64,000 nucleotides of DNA from NCBI RefSeq assembly GCF_009914755.1, contig NC_060946.1; one strand, 5' to 3'. The stretch's first letter is position 1; each line of letters opens with the position of its first letter. The translations under genes were made by a program, and so were the position numbers. Below the pieces are notes generated by a model. The model did not search any database. It saw nothing but the letters and a program-made list of their open reading frames with translations, and was not told where the DNA came from. Source of the DNA: the human T2T-CHM13v2.0 reference genome, Homo sapiens. Shown in pieces: positions 29,791 to 46,754 of the stretch.

Positions 29791-32700
29791 CAATACTTTC
29801 ATTTTTAAATATTATTTATGGCATCCAGATTTGCATAAGATGGACTGGGTCAATGGCCATGCCCTTTATAAATCAATATTCTTCAGTTCTGCAAATTCAG
29901 TTTCCTAAAGAGCCAAATCACATCCTACTCATCAGCAAGGCGGGTAGACATCATTTTCACAATCACTTCTAATTTTCCACCATTATAAAAAAAAATAAAA
30001 TATGTAATCACTTTCTTATTGTAAAATAAAGAATTTACTTTTCCAGGACCTACTGCCTCCCTGTCCCCCCCCCCCCTTTTTTTTTTTCAAACAATCTTGA
30101 ACCCTTTGTCACGAGTCAGTTGCCAAGAGAAGCCTATTTGTTGGTTTGAGAGCAGTTCATGCAGACACAGACCACTTCCTCTGAGAATTCACTTGCTTCC
30201 TCAGGATGGAATCTGGCTGGGCCTCTGACCTTGCTGGTCACGTGGGCCGGGGCCTCCATCAGTCATACCCTGGACTCCTATCTGTGTCTAAACACCACGC
30301 CCCACCCCCAACTGCACGGCAGCCACTCGCATAGCACTCTGGGAGGGCTGTGGGCATGAGCAGCGAGGACTCCATCAGCAGCTCCCCCACATGAGCCCTG
30401 CTGATGAGGGGGCTTGCGAAGCAGCTTTGATGTGCTGGTAAATCCAGGTGCAAAACAGAACTCAAGTTAAGGCCTCCGCACAGCACTGCGTTCTAACTGT
30501 GAAGGATTCTTACTCTAGTGTCCTGTGTGGAGGTATTGGAATTGTCCATTGCTAAGACTCAGAGGAGAAAAGCACTTAGCATCGCAGGACTTGGAGCACC
30601 GGTGCTGAGGCAACCCTTCATTCATTCGTCGGATGTGTGTTAAGGCCCAGGGCAGGGGTCACGGATTCTCCTCTCACACAGCACGTGGGTGGCAGGACCA
30701 ACACCGGGTCTGACCTCCCAGCCGGGGGCACAGGCTGCTCACCCCAGGCCTGGAATCTGTCAGATGCCCTTCCCGTGCTGACTTGACTTAGACAGGCCTC
30801 CTGACCTTCCCACAAAGGTCATGTGTGATTTGCAGGGGTTCTGGCCGCTTGAAAGGTTCCTGAGAAAGCACATGCAATGAGGACAGAGCTTGCAGAGGGA
30901 GGACAGGCATGCAGAAGGCTCTGTGTGCAGCCCCAGACCTGGGTACCTTCATCACCGTCCTCACCCCACCTCCGGGTGTGCACATAGGGAGCAGGTCTCC
31001 TGTGTTATGGCCCAAGCAGGGCTGTTAGGACACTGAGAACATTCCCTCCTCCCGCAGGAGAGAGAGGTCCAAGGTGCCCTACATCGTGCGCCAGTGCGTG
31101 GAGGAGATCGAGCGCCGAGGCATGGAGGAGGTGGGCATCTACCGCATGTCTGGGGTGGCCGCAGACATCCAGGCACTGAAGGCAGCCTTCAACGTCAGTG
31201 AGTGTCGGCCTGCGCAGGACGGGATGGAGGTGTGGGCAGTGGTGTCCACGATGAGATCTCAGAGTGCTCCATGGCCCAGGCATGTCACATCCTTCTCTGT
31301 GTCTTTTCTTCATTTACTGTTTTATTATTTTTAAAAAAGAGAAAACAAGAGTTGTACAAACAGCTTCTATAGAAGCCAGTTTTTACACCATCGTACCCAC
31401 TCGTGCCACTTGGTGGAGTGGACCAGGGGCTTCTGCGGGGCCTTGGCCTTCCTGCCTTGGGGTTGGACAGGAGGTGGAAGCCCAGGACTCAGTGCGGTCT
31501 GTCCACTGCCCTGTATGAGGATGTGGTGGGCAGAGGGCACTGATGAAATTCAGCGCAGGCCGGGGCTGCAGCCTCTCCGCCTCCATCTCACCAACCCTCA
31601 CAGGCTTTGAAGGACCCGGACCTGCCTCAAATGCCAGGGGAGGGCACTGAGACCCCAGAGGGTCCTTCCCAGCATCTTCAAAGCAACAGGATTTTGTGCC
31701 TGCAGACCCTTCTTTGCAGCACACACCACCCACCCTGACCAGGACCCTTAGAATGCCCAGCATCCCTGGGAGGGCCCTGTGGTAGTTTCAGCTCCCTCTG
31801 AGGGCCCAGAATGAACCTGGCCTGTGGTGAGGATGTAAGCACCAATGGCCAATTGGGTCCAAAGGAAGACACCGGTTCAAACACTGAAACCAATCAGATT
31901 CTCCCACGGCCTTCCTGCTATCAGAAGACACTGGTGCAGGGGTGGTTGCTATGTACAGGGCAGAGCCACCCAATCCCCATGCAGGCGCTGTGTCCTGCCA
32001 TGCTGGCCTCCTCCTGGCCATCACATCAGGCCAAGCAGGGGAGAGGAATGGGAATGCCCACGCACCCCTATCAACTCTGCAGACACAGAACCATGCACAG
32101 CTCTTGGGAGGAGTCAGATGAGCTGCTCAAAGCCCAGGAGGGACCCACACAGTGGTCAGCATGGCAGGGACGGTGCTTTAGCCAAGGCAGGGATGGTGGG
32201 TGACTCACTCAGGATCTTCAAGGAGGCCGCTGCATTTCCGTGCTCTTTCCAGATAACAAGGACGTGTCAGTGATGATGAGCGAGATGGACGTGAACGCCA
32301 TCGCAGGCACGCTGAAGCTGTATTTCCGTGAGCTGCCCGAGCCCCTCTTCACTGACGAGTTCTACCCCAACTTCGCAGAGGGCATCGGTGAGCACTGGAG
32401 GCCTTGGCCTCATGGGAGACGTCTCCTCCACGTGCACTGCTGCCCTCAGAGGCTGTGAAAAGTGAGGTGTGGGAACCTGAGCTGTGCTTCCTCTGCCATG
32501 GTCGGAATTTTAACCCAACCTCAAAAAGCAGGGGACCAAAACTGAGCCTATCCTGGAAGGCCTTGCCCATCCCCAGAGGGGTCCCCATCCATATTTCTCA
32601 AGGAGGCCAAGTGGGTGAAATGGTCAGCACTGCCGTGCTGTGGGGTCCTAAAGTCTGCTGTCCTCCTTCCTGCAGACCAGGGCTAAACACTGGTGCCCAG

Positions 32701-34310
32701 GTGCTCTTGCCATGGGTCCTGGTCCAGCCAAGCATGGTTTCAAACATGACCTGACCCTTAGTCAACCTGGAGGCTGATGTCTAGAGTGGGCGCTGGAGCG
32801 TGCAGCACCTGTAGCCTGTGCATCACCCTTAGGACAGGTCTGCCTCCCGGGCCCATGCACAGAGGACCTGGTCTCCCAGCCTGCAGGTGCCCCTGTGGTG
32901 TCCAGGATGTCGAGGGGGTCTCTGTGTACTTGGTGGGGCTGGGACCCTCCCACTTCCCACCTCCTTGTGTCCCTCACTCCCCTGTTTCATTCCATGCTGA
33001 GCCTCCCCTGCCTTGGGCTCCCTGGGGAGGGGGTGGTGGCAGGAGTTGCCCGAGGGCAGCTCTGCCCATGAGCAGCTGCTCTAGCGGCTCCTCCTGCTGC
33101 TGTTCGCCGGGTGCTGCTGACACCTGCGAGGCAGAGAAAAGGCGTTCAGGTGGTTCACACCCCACACAGGTGCCCCTCACAGGGTCCTCACTGGCGGCCA
33201 GCGCTGTGGGTGTGACGATGATGACAAGCCTAAACTGCGCAAGGACTCGTGTCCCGGGCGCTCCATGTGACCACCTCGGGAGAGGTCTCCGGCTTGTCGT
33301 AACCCAGAGGAGTGACCCACTGCCTCCTGCAGCTCTTTCAGACCCAGTTGCAAAGAAGAGCTGCATGCTCAACCTGCTGTCGTCCCTGCCGGAGGCCAAC
33401 CTGCTCACCTTCCTTTTCCTTCTAGACCGCCTGGAAAGGTAGCCCAGCTCTCTTGTGGCTGCCCAGGACTCCAGGTCTCCAGGCCGTGGGGTGCCCCTCT
33501 GCTCCCACCAGACCCCCAGCACCAAGGACCTATCCCCTGACCCCTGTCTGCAGTAACTCACTGCTTCTAAGGACTAGCACCACTGCCACCCCCGCCCCTG
33601 CCTCTCCTCTTTGCCACCCTCCTCCCTCTGCACTGTGGCCTTAACAAAGAGCTCAGAGCTTTGGCCGTGGCCAGCAGTGCATTTGGACCGCCCCCCCTTC
33701 CCTCCCAAGCACATCATGAAGACCTCCCCATCAGCCCAGAGCTGGCCCCTTGTCCTGGGCCACTGAGACCCAGAAGTACCAAGGCTGGAGTCAGCTTGCA
33801 GCACAGCCAGGGTCGAGGTCACTCCCTCCCTGAGGACTCTAGCACGGCACAGCCCCTCTGCCTCTCTCCTGGTGGTGGCGTTGAAACAGCACCCTCTGCT
33901 TCGGTCCTCTACAGGATGGCAGAGAAGGAGGCAGTCAATAAGATGTCCCTGCACAACCTTGGCACGGTGTTTGGCCCCACGCTGCTCCGGCCCTCCGAGA
34001 AGGAGAGCAAGCTCCCTGCCAACCCCAGCCAGCCCATCACCATGACTGACAGCTGGTCCTTGGAGGTCATGTCCCAGGTATGGGAAGACAGGCTCCAGCC
34101 CATGCAACCCCAGCCTGACAGAGGTGGCCTCTGCCTGCCCCACCCCCAGTCCTGCCCATCTTCCGACTTGCATTGTATGTGGTGGTGGCTGAGATTCAGA
34201 GACAGGGACTTGCCTAGGTTTGCATGGATGGGAGTGATAGGGGGTGCCCAGGCCACCTCCTGGTCCTGCTGGTGCACCTTGCTGGGGGCTTAAAACCACC
34301 CCAAGTGTTC

Positions 34311-34602
34311 GAGTGTGGTGGCTCATGCCTGTAATCCCAGCACTTTGGGAGGCCGAGGCAGGACAACTGAACCCAGGTGTTTGAGACCAGTCTGGGCAAT
34401 GTAGCAAACCCCATCTCCAGAAAAAATACAAAGAAAAATTAGGCAGGCATTGGGGCACATATCTGTAATCCTAGGTATCTGGGAGGCTGACACAGGAGGA
34501 TTGCTTGAGCCCAGGAGTTAGAGGCTGCAGTGATCCATGATGGAGCCACTGTACTCCAGCCTGGGGGACAGAGCAAGGCCCTGTGCATCTCTAAAATAAA
34601 TA
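34311..34602 (+). mobile_element. AluJ-like element in the last BCRP intron
   Basis: Alu consensus with gaggattgcttgagcccaggag. Confidence 0.9.
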
Positions 34603-35303
34603 ACCACCCCCCACCCAACAAGTCATGCCTTGTCAGGACCCCACCCCACCCCCGTCTCACTGTAAGGGGTTCATGACACCAGCAGGGGTTTCTAGCACCT
34701 GAGGTGGACTTGGGAGCTTGGGCCCCAAAGACCTCCCACCAGCAGCTGTGAGCCCCCCTCTGAGCCACTCTCCTCTTCCCCACTCCGCGAGGGCAGGTCG
34801 AGGTGCTGCTGTACTTCTTGCGGCTGGAGGCCATCCCTGCCCTGGACAGCAAGGGACAGAGCATCCTGTTCTCCACCGATGTCTAAAGGTCCCAGTCCAT
34901 CTCCTGGAGGCGGACAGACGGCCTGGAAACCTCTGGCTAATCAGGCCATCTGTAGAGTGGGAATCAAGATTTTCTGAGGCATCCTTGGGCCACCCCCAGG
35001 TGTCAGGCCATCTGCCAAGAGACAGCGGCCCAAAGCAGAAGGACAGGTGGCCTGGGCAGATCCCGCCCAGGTCTGAAAGCCCCAGGCTGGCCTCAGACTG
35101 TGGGTTTTTTATGTGGCCACCCGAGGGCGCCCCAAACCAGTTCATCTCAGAGTCCAGGCCTGGCCCTGGGAGACAGGGTGAAAGCAGTGGTTTTTATGAA
35201 CTTAACTTATAGAGTCTAAAAGATTTCTACTGAATCACTTGTCAAGAAGCGCCCTCTCTGGGGAGAAGGGAACGTGACTGGATTCCCTCACTGTTGTATC
35301 TTG

Positions 35304-35309
35304 AATAAA
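35304..35309 (+). terminator. BCR-type proximal polyadenylation signal
   Basis: AATAAA about 420 nt after the stop, followed by GT-rich sequence. Confidence 0.65.
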
Positions 35310-38300
35310 CGCTGCTGCTTCATCCTGTGGGGGCCGTGGCCCTGTCCCTGTGTGGGTGGGGCCTCTTCCATTTCCCTGACTTAGAAACCACAGTCCACCT
35401 AGAACAGGGTTTGAGAGGCTTAGTCAGCACTGGGTAGCGTTTTGACTCCATTCTTGGCTTTCTTCTTTTTCTTCCCAGAAGGATTTTTGTGCAGAAATGG
35501 TTCTTTTGTTGCCGTGTTAGTCCTCCTTGGAAGGCAGCTCAGAAGGCCCGTGAAATGTCGGGGGACAGGACCCCCAGGGAGGGAACCCCAGGCTATGCAC
35601 CTTAGGGTTCGTTCTCCAGGGAGAGCGACCTCGTCCCCCGATCCTGACCGCCCTTCCGGCCCACGCTCTCCTGTTTGGCTTCCACAGGCCTGGACTTCTC
35701 TGGCTTCTCTGCCCACACACTCCCTGCCCCCAGTGTCCCTGCCCCTGCCCCAGCACAGGTGACTTCATTTCTGTCCTCTCAGCTCAGTGGACTCGCTCAA
35801 CTTTTGTATAAGTCTCCACTTGGTGGTAGCAGCTTGCTGATGACTTGTTTTAAAACTTTCATCCTAAATAACCTTTTGATACTTGAATATTTGTAAGTTT
35901 TATACATAGTTTCTAATTTTTTCCCCAACAGATCCAGATACCTAATAAGATGCTGGAATGTAATCCTGGACAATCCGTGTCCTGGCAGCATTTGGTCTTC
36001 CTCTAAGCGCCTGGCTCCGCTGTTCTCAGGAGTGGGTTCTGAAGTCTCTGGAGAACAGGATACGTGGAGGGTTAGGAAGGGGCCAGGCCTAGAGACGGGA
36101 GACTCCCTCCCGGAGCAGGTGGAGGCACAGGACCATTCGCTACCCCATCTGCCGACACCTGCGGGGGAGCCCAGGCATTCTTTGTAAGCCCTCCTGACTA
36201 CCTGGCTCAAAGAAAACAGAAGCATGGAGGCCGCCAAGTATTTTCAAGAAATAACCCCATGAACATGGCATCACTTTTTTAGAAAGAGGGGCTTGGGACA
36301 GGCAGAGGAGAGAAGGGAGAGCAAACTGAGAGCCAAGTTTCCAGACAGTCCTGCAGGAGGAGAGGATGCAGCTGCGCAGAGGGAAGCAGGATCACATTTA
36401 AGGAAGTGTGTGGGGTCCCTGGATGACACCAGCACCCAGTGCGGCTCTGTCTGGCAACCGCTCCCAAGGTGGCAGGAGTGGGTGTCCCCTGTGTGTCAGT
36501 GGGCAGCTCCTGCTGAGCCCGCAGCTCACTGGGGAGCCTGACAGCGGGGCCATGTGCCTGACACTCCTCTCTGCTTGTGGACCTGGCAAGGCAGGGAGCA
36601 GAAAACAGAGCCACTTGAAGGCTTTCTGTCTGCGTCTGTGTGCAGTGTGGATTTAGTTGTGCTTTTTTCTTGCTGGGAGAGCACAGCCACCATTTACAAG
36701 CAGTGTCACCCTCGTGGGTGGCGAGGACAGAACAGGAGCCTCTGCTCTCTGTACCTATCTGGGCCCGGTGGGCTCCCTTGTCCTGGCTTCCATCTCTGTC
36801 TCAGCGACCATTCAGCCCTGCGCAGGAACACATGTTGCTTAGAAAAGCCAAATCCAGCCTTGTCTCTGCCTCCTCTGGTCTCATGATGTGCATCTGTTAC
36901 CTTGAAACTGGAAACCAGTCTATCAATGTCTGTGCCAGTTTTTTATTCCCTCCCCAACCTCCTTCCCCATACGACTTTTTATTTATGTAGGATGTGTGCT
37001 GTCTAATGATGGGATGACCACACTTTTCCATGTTCTAAAAGTGCTCCTCTCCCGCAGGGTCCCAGGGCTGGTGGTTGCTTTGGGTCTACAGCTACGTCTT
37101 ACCCGCCTCCTGCCTCAACAGCCTGTGTGGTGGCAAAGCCGGTGTGGGGCTGGGGAACACAGCATTCTCCAGGAGGGGGACCCGGCTCTCCTTCTGCAAT
37201 GCAGGCGAAGGCCTAGATGCCAGTGTGACCTCCCACAAGGCGTGGCTTCCAGACTCCCCGGCCGGAAGTGATGCTTTTTTGCCGTGGGCCCTGGGTTTGA
37301 AGCAGCCTGGCTTTCTCTTGGTAAGTGGCTGGTGTCTTAGCAGCTGCAATCTGAGCTCAGCCACCTACACACCACCGTGGCCGACACTTTCATTAAGAAG
37401 TTTCCTGAGACGACTTGCGTGCATGTTGACTTCATGATCAGCGCCGCTGGGAAGAACCCCTGAGCCGGTGGGGTGGGGCTGGAAGCAGCAGGTGCAGTGA
37501 TGGGGCTGGGTGCCCAGGAGGCCTCAGTGCTCAATCAGGCCAAGGTGGCCAAGCCCAGGCTGCAGGGAAGGCCGGCCTGGGGGGTGTGGGTGAGCACAGG
37601 CAGGCACCAGCTGGGCAGTGTTAGGATGCTGGAGCAGCATCCGTAACTCCACTGAGTGGGGTAGTCTGGTTGGGGCAGGGACCGCTGTTGCTTTGGCAGA
37701 GAGAGATGATCCCCACTGGGGAGAGGCTGTTCTGACTCTGCAGGTGGGACAGGGACAGATGGCCACCAGGGTGACCCGGCTGGTCTTCCTTTGCTATGCT
37801 AAGCCCTGGGACATGGAGGATTCCTGCCACACAGCCTGGGCCCGGGTTCTTACCTGTGGCCACCGCTCTGGCACGAGCCCCTCAGTCTTGGGTGGTTTTT
37901 GCCTGGTCCAGGATTTGGTGTTGCTGCTGAGTCCAGCCTTTCCACCACCTCCGCATGGGCTGTGGGTGTTGTCAGCTGCCTCCCGCCTTGGCTTCAGTAG
38001 CTCACCCAGCTTACAGGGGAGCTGCCCTGGGCTGGAGATGGGCACGCACCCTGGGTCCTACTTGAATGAATGCAGCTTGAGGAGACCCGGCCATATACAC
38101 TGGGCCACCGGTTACCTTCGGCAATGCCCACATCAGCCGTCAGCCTGAGCCTCCCCAGGAGAGCAAGGCTCACACGACAAAGGCTGCCCGTGGCCAATGA
38201 GGTGGCTGAGCCCAGCCAGGACCTTTCTCGGACTCCCGGGATGTGGCTCTGCTCGTGAGCTGCCTGGTCAGCTCTCTCGGGGTGAGAGGGGCTTGTCACA

Positions 38301-38761
38301 CGGGCCCCTGCCTGCAGTGTGACCCTTCTCAGCTTCTCTCAGCAGCCCTGCCTGCGGAGTGTCACCGCCACCATGATCATTTCCCTGACACTGCGAGGGT
38401 GTGGGGACGTCCTGGGTAGAGACAGGGCCCGTGGCAGCAGCAGGCTCAGGGGCGCCCTGCGCTGGTGGGCTGGGGACCTGGTGGAGACCACGCCAAGGGC
38501 TGGACAAGGGGACGAGCCTCCACCCTGGCCTCTCCGCAGGCCTCAGCAGCCCCTCCCACAGGCAGAAGGGTTGACACTGGGTTCTGCCCTCACTGCAAGA
38601 GCTGCAAGTGCCATGTGCTGTTCTGCCCAATCTGGTGTCTGCAGGTGAGGGAAGGGCTGCCGCTGGCCCGTTTCTGAGTGTTCAGCACCTAAGGGTGACA
38701 GCACTGTCTGTCCCTACCCTCCAGGTCCTGTTTGAAAATCAAACCCATGCTCACAGGCCAA

Positions 38762-42764
<4,003 letters not shown>

Positions 42765-42949
42765 GTTCTCAGTGCAGTGGCTGAGCTGGAGGACGCCCTG
42801 GAACTCGGAGCACACAGCACTGGCTTGCTGTGGTACCTGTGCAATCAAATTGAAGGCAGGATCCCAGGAAGGAAGGCAGGGCTTGCAGGATCACGGAAAA
42901 CCTTCTTAGAGTTGTCTTGACACCACTGATGTCAAGTGTCCGGGTGCTT

Positions 42950-43470
42950 GTAGGATGGCCTGCCACTCAGTCCACGGGCAGGAGCAACGGGGAGATCCCA
43001 CAGGCAAAGTGAACTGGGGGATGGGCTGAACGGGCTCCAGGCAACTGAGCCCTACTGGCAGGTCCTCGGCCTGGGCCCGAACAGGAAGGAGGGGCACAGA
43101 GTGCCCAGGTAACCGCTCCTGGGAGCAGTGGGGAACCGTCGGTTGCTTGAACTCTCGAGAGCTGGGCTCGGAGCGTCCTCGTCCAGCCGCCAACTCGGCC
43201 AACGGCTAAGCCAGCAGTTTCTTCTGTTGCCGGGCAACGCGCCTTTTAAACCTGAGGGAGCGGGCGCGTGAGCACATCACGGCGCCCGTGACAGAGCGAG
43301 CTTAACGGATTAATAAGCGCAGCCAGGTACCCGCGCGAGGCACTTGCTGGCAATGGCGGGAGGCGGACGTGGGGGGTCATGCAATAGGTACGGGAAGGAG
43401 AGAGGCGAGCACAAAGGTCGCGGGAGGAACAGGTGCCCACAATGGCGGCAGATCTGCCCGTGGATCACTG
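42950..43470 (-). promoter_or_regulatory. CpG-rich putative POM121L promoter with RFX X-box, MYB-type and TATA-like motifs
   Basis: GTTGCCGGGCAAC at 43226-43238. YAACKG at 42985, 43042, 43200 and 43303. TTTAAAA on - at 43244-43250. High CpG density. Confidence 0.55.
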
Positions 43471-44446
43471 AAGATTCCTGCTCTCCTGCTGAGGTGGAGA
43501 TTGCAGTGAGCTGAGATCGCACCATTGCACTCCAGCCTGGGCAACAAGTGCAAAACTCAGTCTCCAGATAAAGAAAAGAAAAAGAAAAAAAAGAGGCCGG
43601 GCGTGGTGGCTTATGCCTATAATCCTAGCACTTTGGGAGGTCGGGGCGGACGGATCACGAGATCAGGTGTTGGAGACCAGCCTGGCCAACAGAGTGAAAC
43701 CCCGTCTCTAGTAAAAATACAAATTTAGTCAGACATGGTGGCACGCGCCTGTAGTCCCAGCTACTCCGGCGGCTGAGACTGGAGAATCACTTGAACCCGG
43801 GGGCTGGGAAGGGATTCTGATGCGCCGAGATCGCGCCACTGCACTCCAGCCTGGGCAACAGAGCCAGACTCTTTTTCTTTTTTTTTTTGAGATGGAGTCT
43901 CCCTCTGTCTCCCAGGCTGGATTCCAGTGGCCTGATCTCGGCTCACCGCAAGCTCCGCCTACCGGGTTCACGCCATTCTCCTGCCTCAGCCTCGGGAGTA
44001 GCTCGGACTACAGGCGCCCGCCACCACATCCGGCTAATTTTTTGTATTTTTAGTAGAGACGGGGTTTGACCGTGTTAGCCAGGATGGTCTCGATCTCCTG
44101 ACCTCGTGATCAGCCCGCCTCGGCCTCCCAAAGTGCTGGGATTAAAGGCGTCAGCCACCGCGCCGGGCCGAGACTCTGTCTTAAAAAAAAAAAGCCTGGG
44201 CTGTGGCACTTTGGGAGGCGGAGGCGGGCGGATCACGAGGTCAGGAGTTGGAGACCAGCCTGGCCAACATAGCGAAACCCGGTCTCTACTAAAACTACAA
44301 AAAATTAGCCGGGCGTGGTGGCGGGCGCCTGCAGTCCCAGCTACTCCGGAGGCTGAGGCAGGAGAATGGCGTGAACTCGGGAGGCGGAGCTTGCCGAGTT
44401 CTCAGCACTGCACTCCAGCCTGGGTGACAGTGCGAACCTCCACCTC

Positions 44447-44453
<7 letters not shown>

Positions 44454-44493
<40 letters not shown>
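44454..44493. repeat. (GA)n microsatellite at an Alu tail
   Basis: Direct reading. Confidence 0.95.
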
Positions 44494-44496
<3 letters not shown>

Positions 44497-44986
44497 AAGG
44501 TTTATTGATTTAATGTACTTTTATGCCTGTGTTCTTCAATTTGCTTAGGAAAGACCCACACTTGAGAGCTGGGACTGTGTCCCTGATTGTGGACATGAAA
44601 TATGTGGTTTCTTGCCAAAACTAGACACTGAATAATTACGATTTAGTTGAGCTAGAAATCCATTTGGTTTCTTCCATATTTTTCCAAAATTTTCATCCTT
44701 TTTTTTTTTTTTTTGACATGGAGTTTCGCTCTTGTCCCCCAGGCTGGAGTGCAATGGCGCGATCTCAGCACCTGCTGGCAATGGCGGGAGGCTAGGGGAC
44801 GCTGGCGGCATAGGTACTGGAAGGAGAGGCGCGCGCACAAAAGACTTGGGAAGACCTGGCGCGCACAATGGCTGCAGATCCGCCAGTGGATCACTGAAGA
44901 TTCCTGCTCTCCTGCTGAGGCGGGGATTGCAGTGAGCTGAGATCACACCATTGCACTCCAACCTGGGCAACAAGAGCGAAACTTCG

Positions 44987-44987
<1 letters not shown>

Positions 44988-45040
<53 letters not shown>
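44988..45040. repeat. (CA)n microsatellite, about 26 units
   Basis: Direct reading. Confidence 0.97.
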
Positions 45041-45042
<2 letters not shown>

Positions 45043-46754
45043 AAGAAAGAAAGAAAAAATAGTGGCCAGGCGTGGAGGCTCACGCATCCCAGCACTTTGG
45101 GAGGTCGGGGCGGGCGGATCACGAGATCAGGAGTTGGAGACCAGCCTGGCCAACAGAGTGAAACCCCGTCTCTAGTAAAAATACAAATTTAGTCAGACAT
45201 GGTGGCACGCGCCTGTAGTCCCAGCTACTCCAGCGGCTGAGACAGGAGAATCACTTGAACCCGGGGGCGGGGAAGGGATTGTGATGCGCCGAGATCGCGC
45301 CACTGCACTCCAGCCTGGGCAACAGAGCCAGACTCTTTTTTTTTTTTTTTTTGAGATGGAGTCTCCCTCTGTCGCCCAGGCTGGATTCCAGTGGCCTGAT
45401 CTCGGCTCACCGCAAGCTCCGCCTACCGGGTTCACGCCATTCTCCTGCCTCAGCCTCTGGAGTAGTTGGGACTACAGGCGCCCGCCACCACACCCGGCTA
45501 ATTTTTTGTATTTTTAGTAGAGACGGGGTTTGACCGTGTTAGCCAGGATGGTCTCGATCTCCTGACGTCGTGATCAGCCCGCCTCGGCCTACCAAAGTGC
45601 CGGGATTTAAGGCGTGAGCCACAGCGCCCGGCCCCGAGAGTGAATATCTTTTAACAGTGTTTTTCCTGATCTTTTCCAACATCTTCACTGTGGTTCTGTC
45701 CTTTATTTTTTGGTTAAATCCAGAGGTTTACTTCTGCCTGTATCTTTCCAAACTATTAATCTGTTCACAATCACTCTCCCATTTAAACCCTTCAGCAGCC
45801 CCAGTACCTTCGTAATAAGGTCTCCTTAGCTTGGTATCCAGAACACTTCAATACTGGGCTTTGACCCCTGTTCTCCTTCCCCCACCTCTGTTTAGGTGCT
45901 TCACTGAGCTGCACTGAACAGCTCTTGGCCCCTTGAAATCTCTGCAGTCTCCTTGTCTCCCTCTGCTGGAATATTCTTCTCTCACTTCATCCGATCATTG
46001 CCTTCAAAACTCAGCTCATTTTCTTATTTCCTTGCCCTTTTCATGTCCCTTGTTTTCCTCCGATTAAATTAATGTTCCAAACTCAAAAGAAAAACAACTC
46101 AGCTCAGGCATCACCTTGCCTGGAAGGCTTCCCTAGTCCTCCTGCCTCCCGCAGACTTGTCTGGCACCCTGTGCATTTGGGATTTGGCACACTATGTCTC
46201 ATCTGCGGCCTCCACTGGACGATGAGACCGTAAGTGTGTGGCTTGACGGAAAGTTGTTGACTCTGCTGGGGTGCTGGTACAGTGCTGGGCACGGCAGTGT
46301 TACAGAGGAAGTGAGCCACTTAGTTTCTGCCCTTAGGAGCTTTTCTTCTAGTTGCAGTTGACCCTGCCAGCTGTGAGACACCTCCCAGTAGTGCATACCA
46401 ACTTTCAAAGTCTGTTTAATTGTATCTTAGTGTCTGATTCCAATTTTATTTCTTGAAGGAGGGGAGTGTCTCTAATGTCTTATTTTGGCACCCAGAGACC
46501 AGGCAGGCATCATTTTTGTCCCAAATTGTGGAAGGAATGTACATTTGGCACAGATTACTTCCCTTTTTTCTCTTGTACACCTTTCACCTTTTTTGTTTTT
46601 GTCTTTTTTTTTTTGAGTTTGATGTGTTTGGACAGTAACGGTTTACGAGATTAAGATTAAATTTCAACTTTGTCTATTGTGCATATAGCCTAAGGAAAAC
46701 AAAAAGTTAAAGAGGAAAAATACATTGCCTCTAAAAAGAAGACTCATTATTCAA

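Larger units (their letters stand above)
31058..35330 (+). pseudogene. BCRP: Unprocessed, 5'-truncated BCR pseudogene (BCR terminal five exons, RhoGAP domain plus 3'UTR); paralog undetermined
   Basis: Exons 31058-31197, 32253-32387, 33333-33438, 33915-34077 and 34797-34886 (stop), all GT-AG. Translation [25 protein letters not shown]...[14 protein letters not shown]...SILFSTDV matches the BCR C-terminus. No preceding BCR exon is visible. Confidence 0.95.
43341..45633. repeat. Local duplication (about 43341-44169 and 44769-45633) of a GC-rich segment + Alu end + inverted Alu pair, with a further Alu (44195-44453) between the copies
   Basis: tggatcactgaagattcctgctctcctgctgagg at 43461 and 44887. 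Near-identical Alu-derived ORFs lie 1464 bp apart. Confidence 0.92.

Noticed and set aside
32777-34876. Long ORFs running through BCRP introns on both strands
   Set aside because: Only the exon-sized parts match BCR; the rest is GC-rich intron read-through.
35330-38700. GGT-family exons, often adjacent in LCR22
   Set aside because: No gamma-glutamyltransferase-like translation was recognisable. The region looks like BCR 3'UTR and flank.
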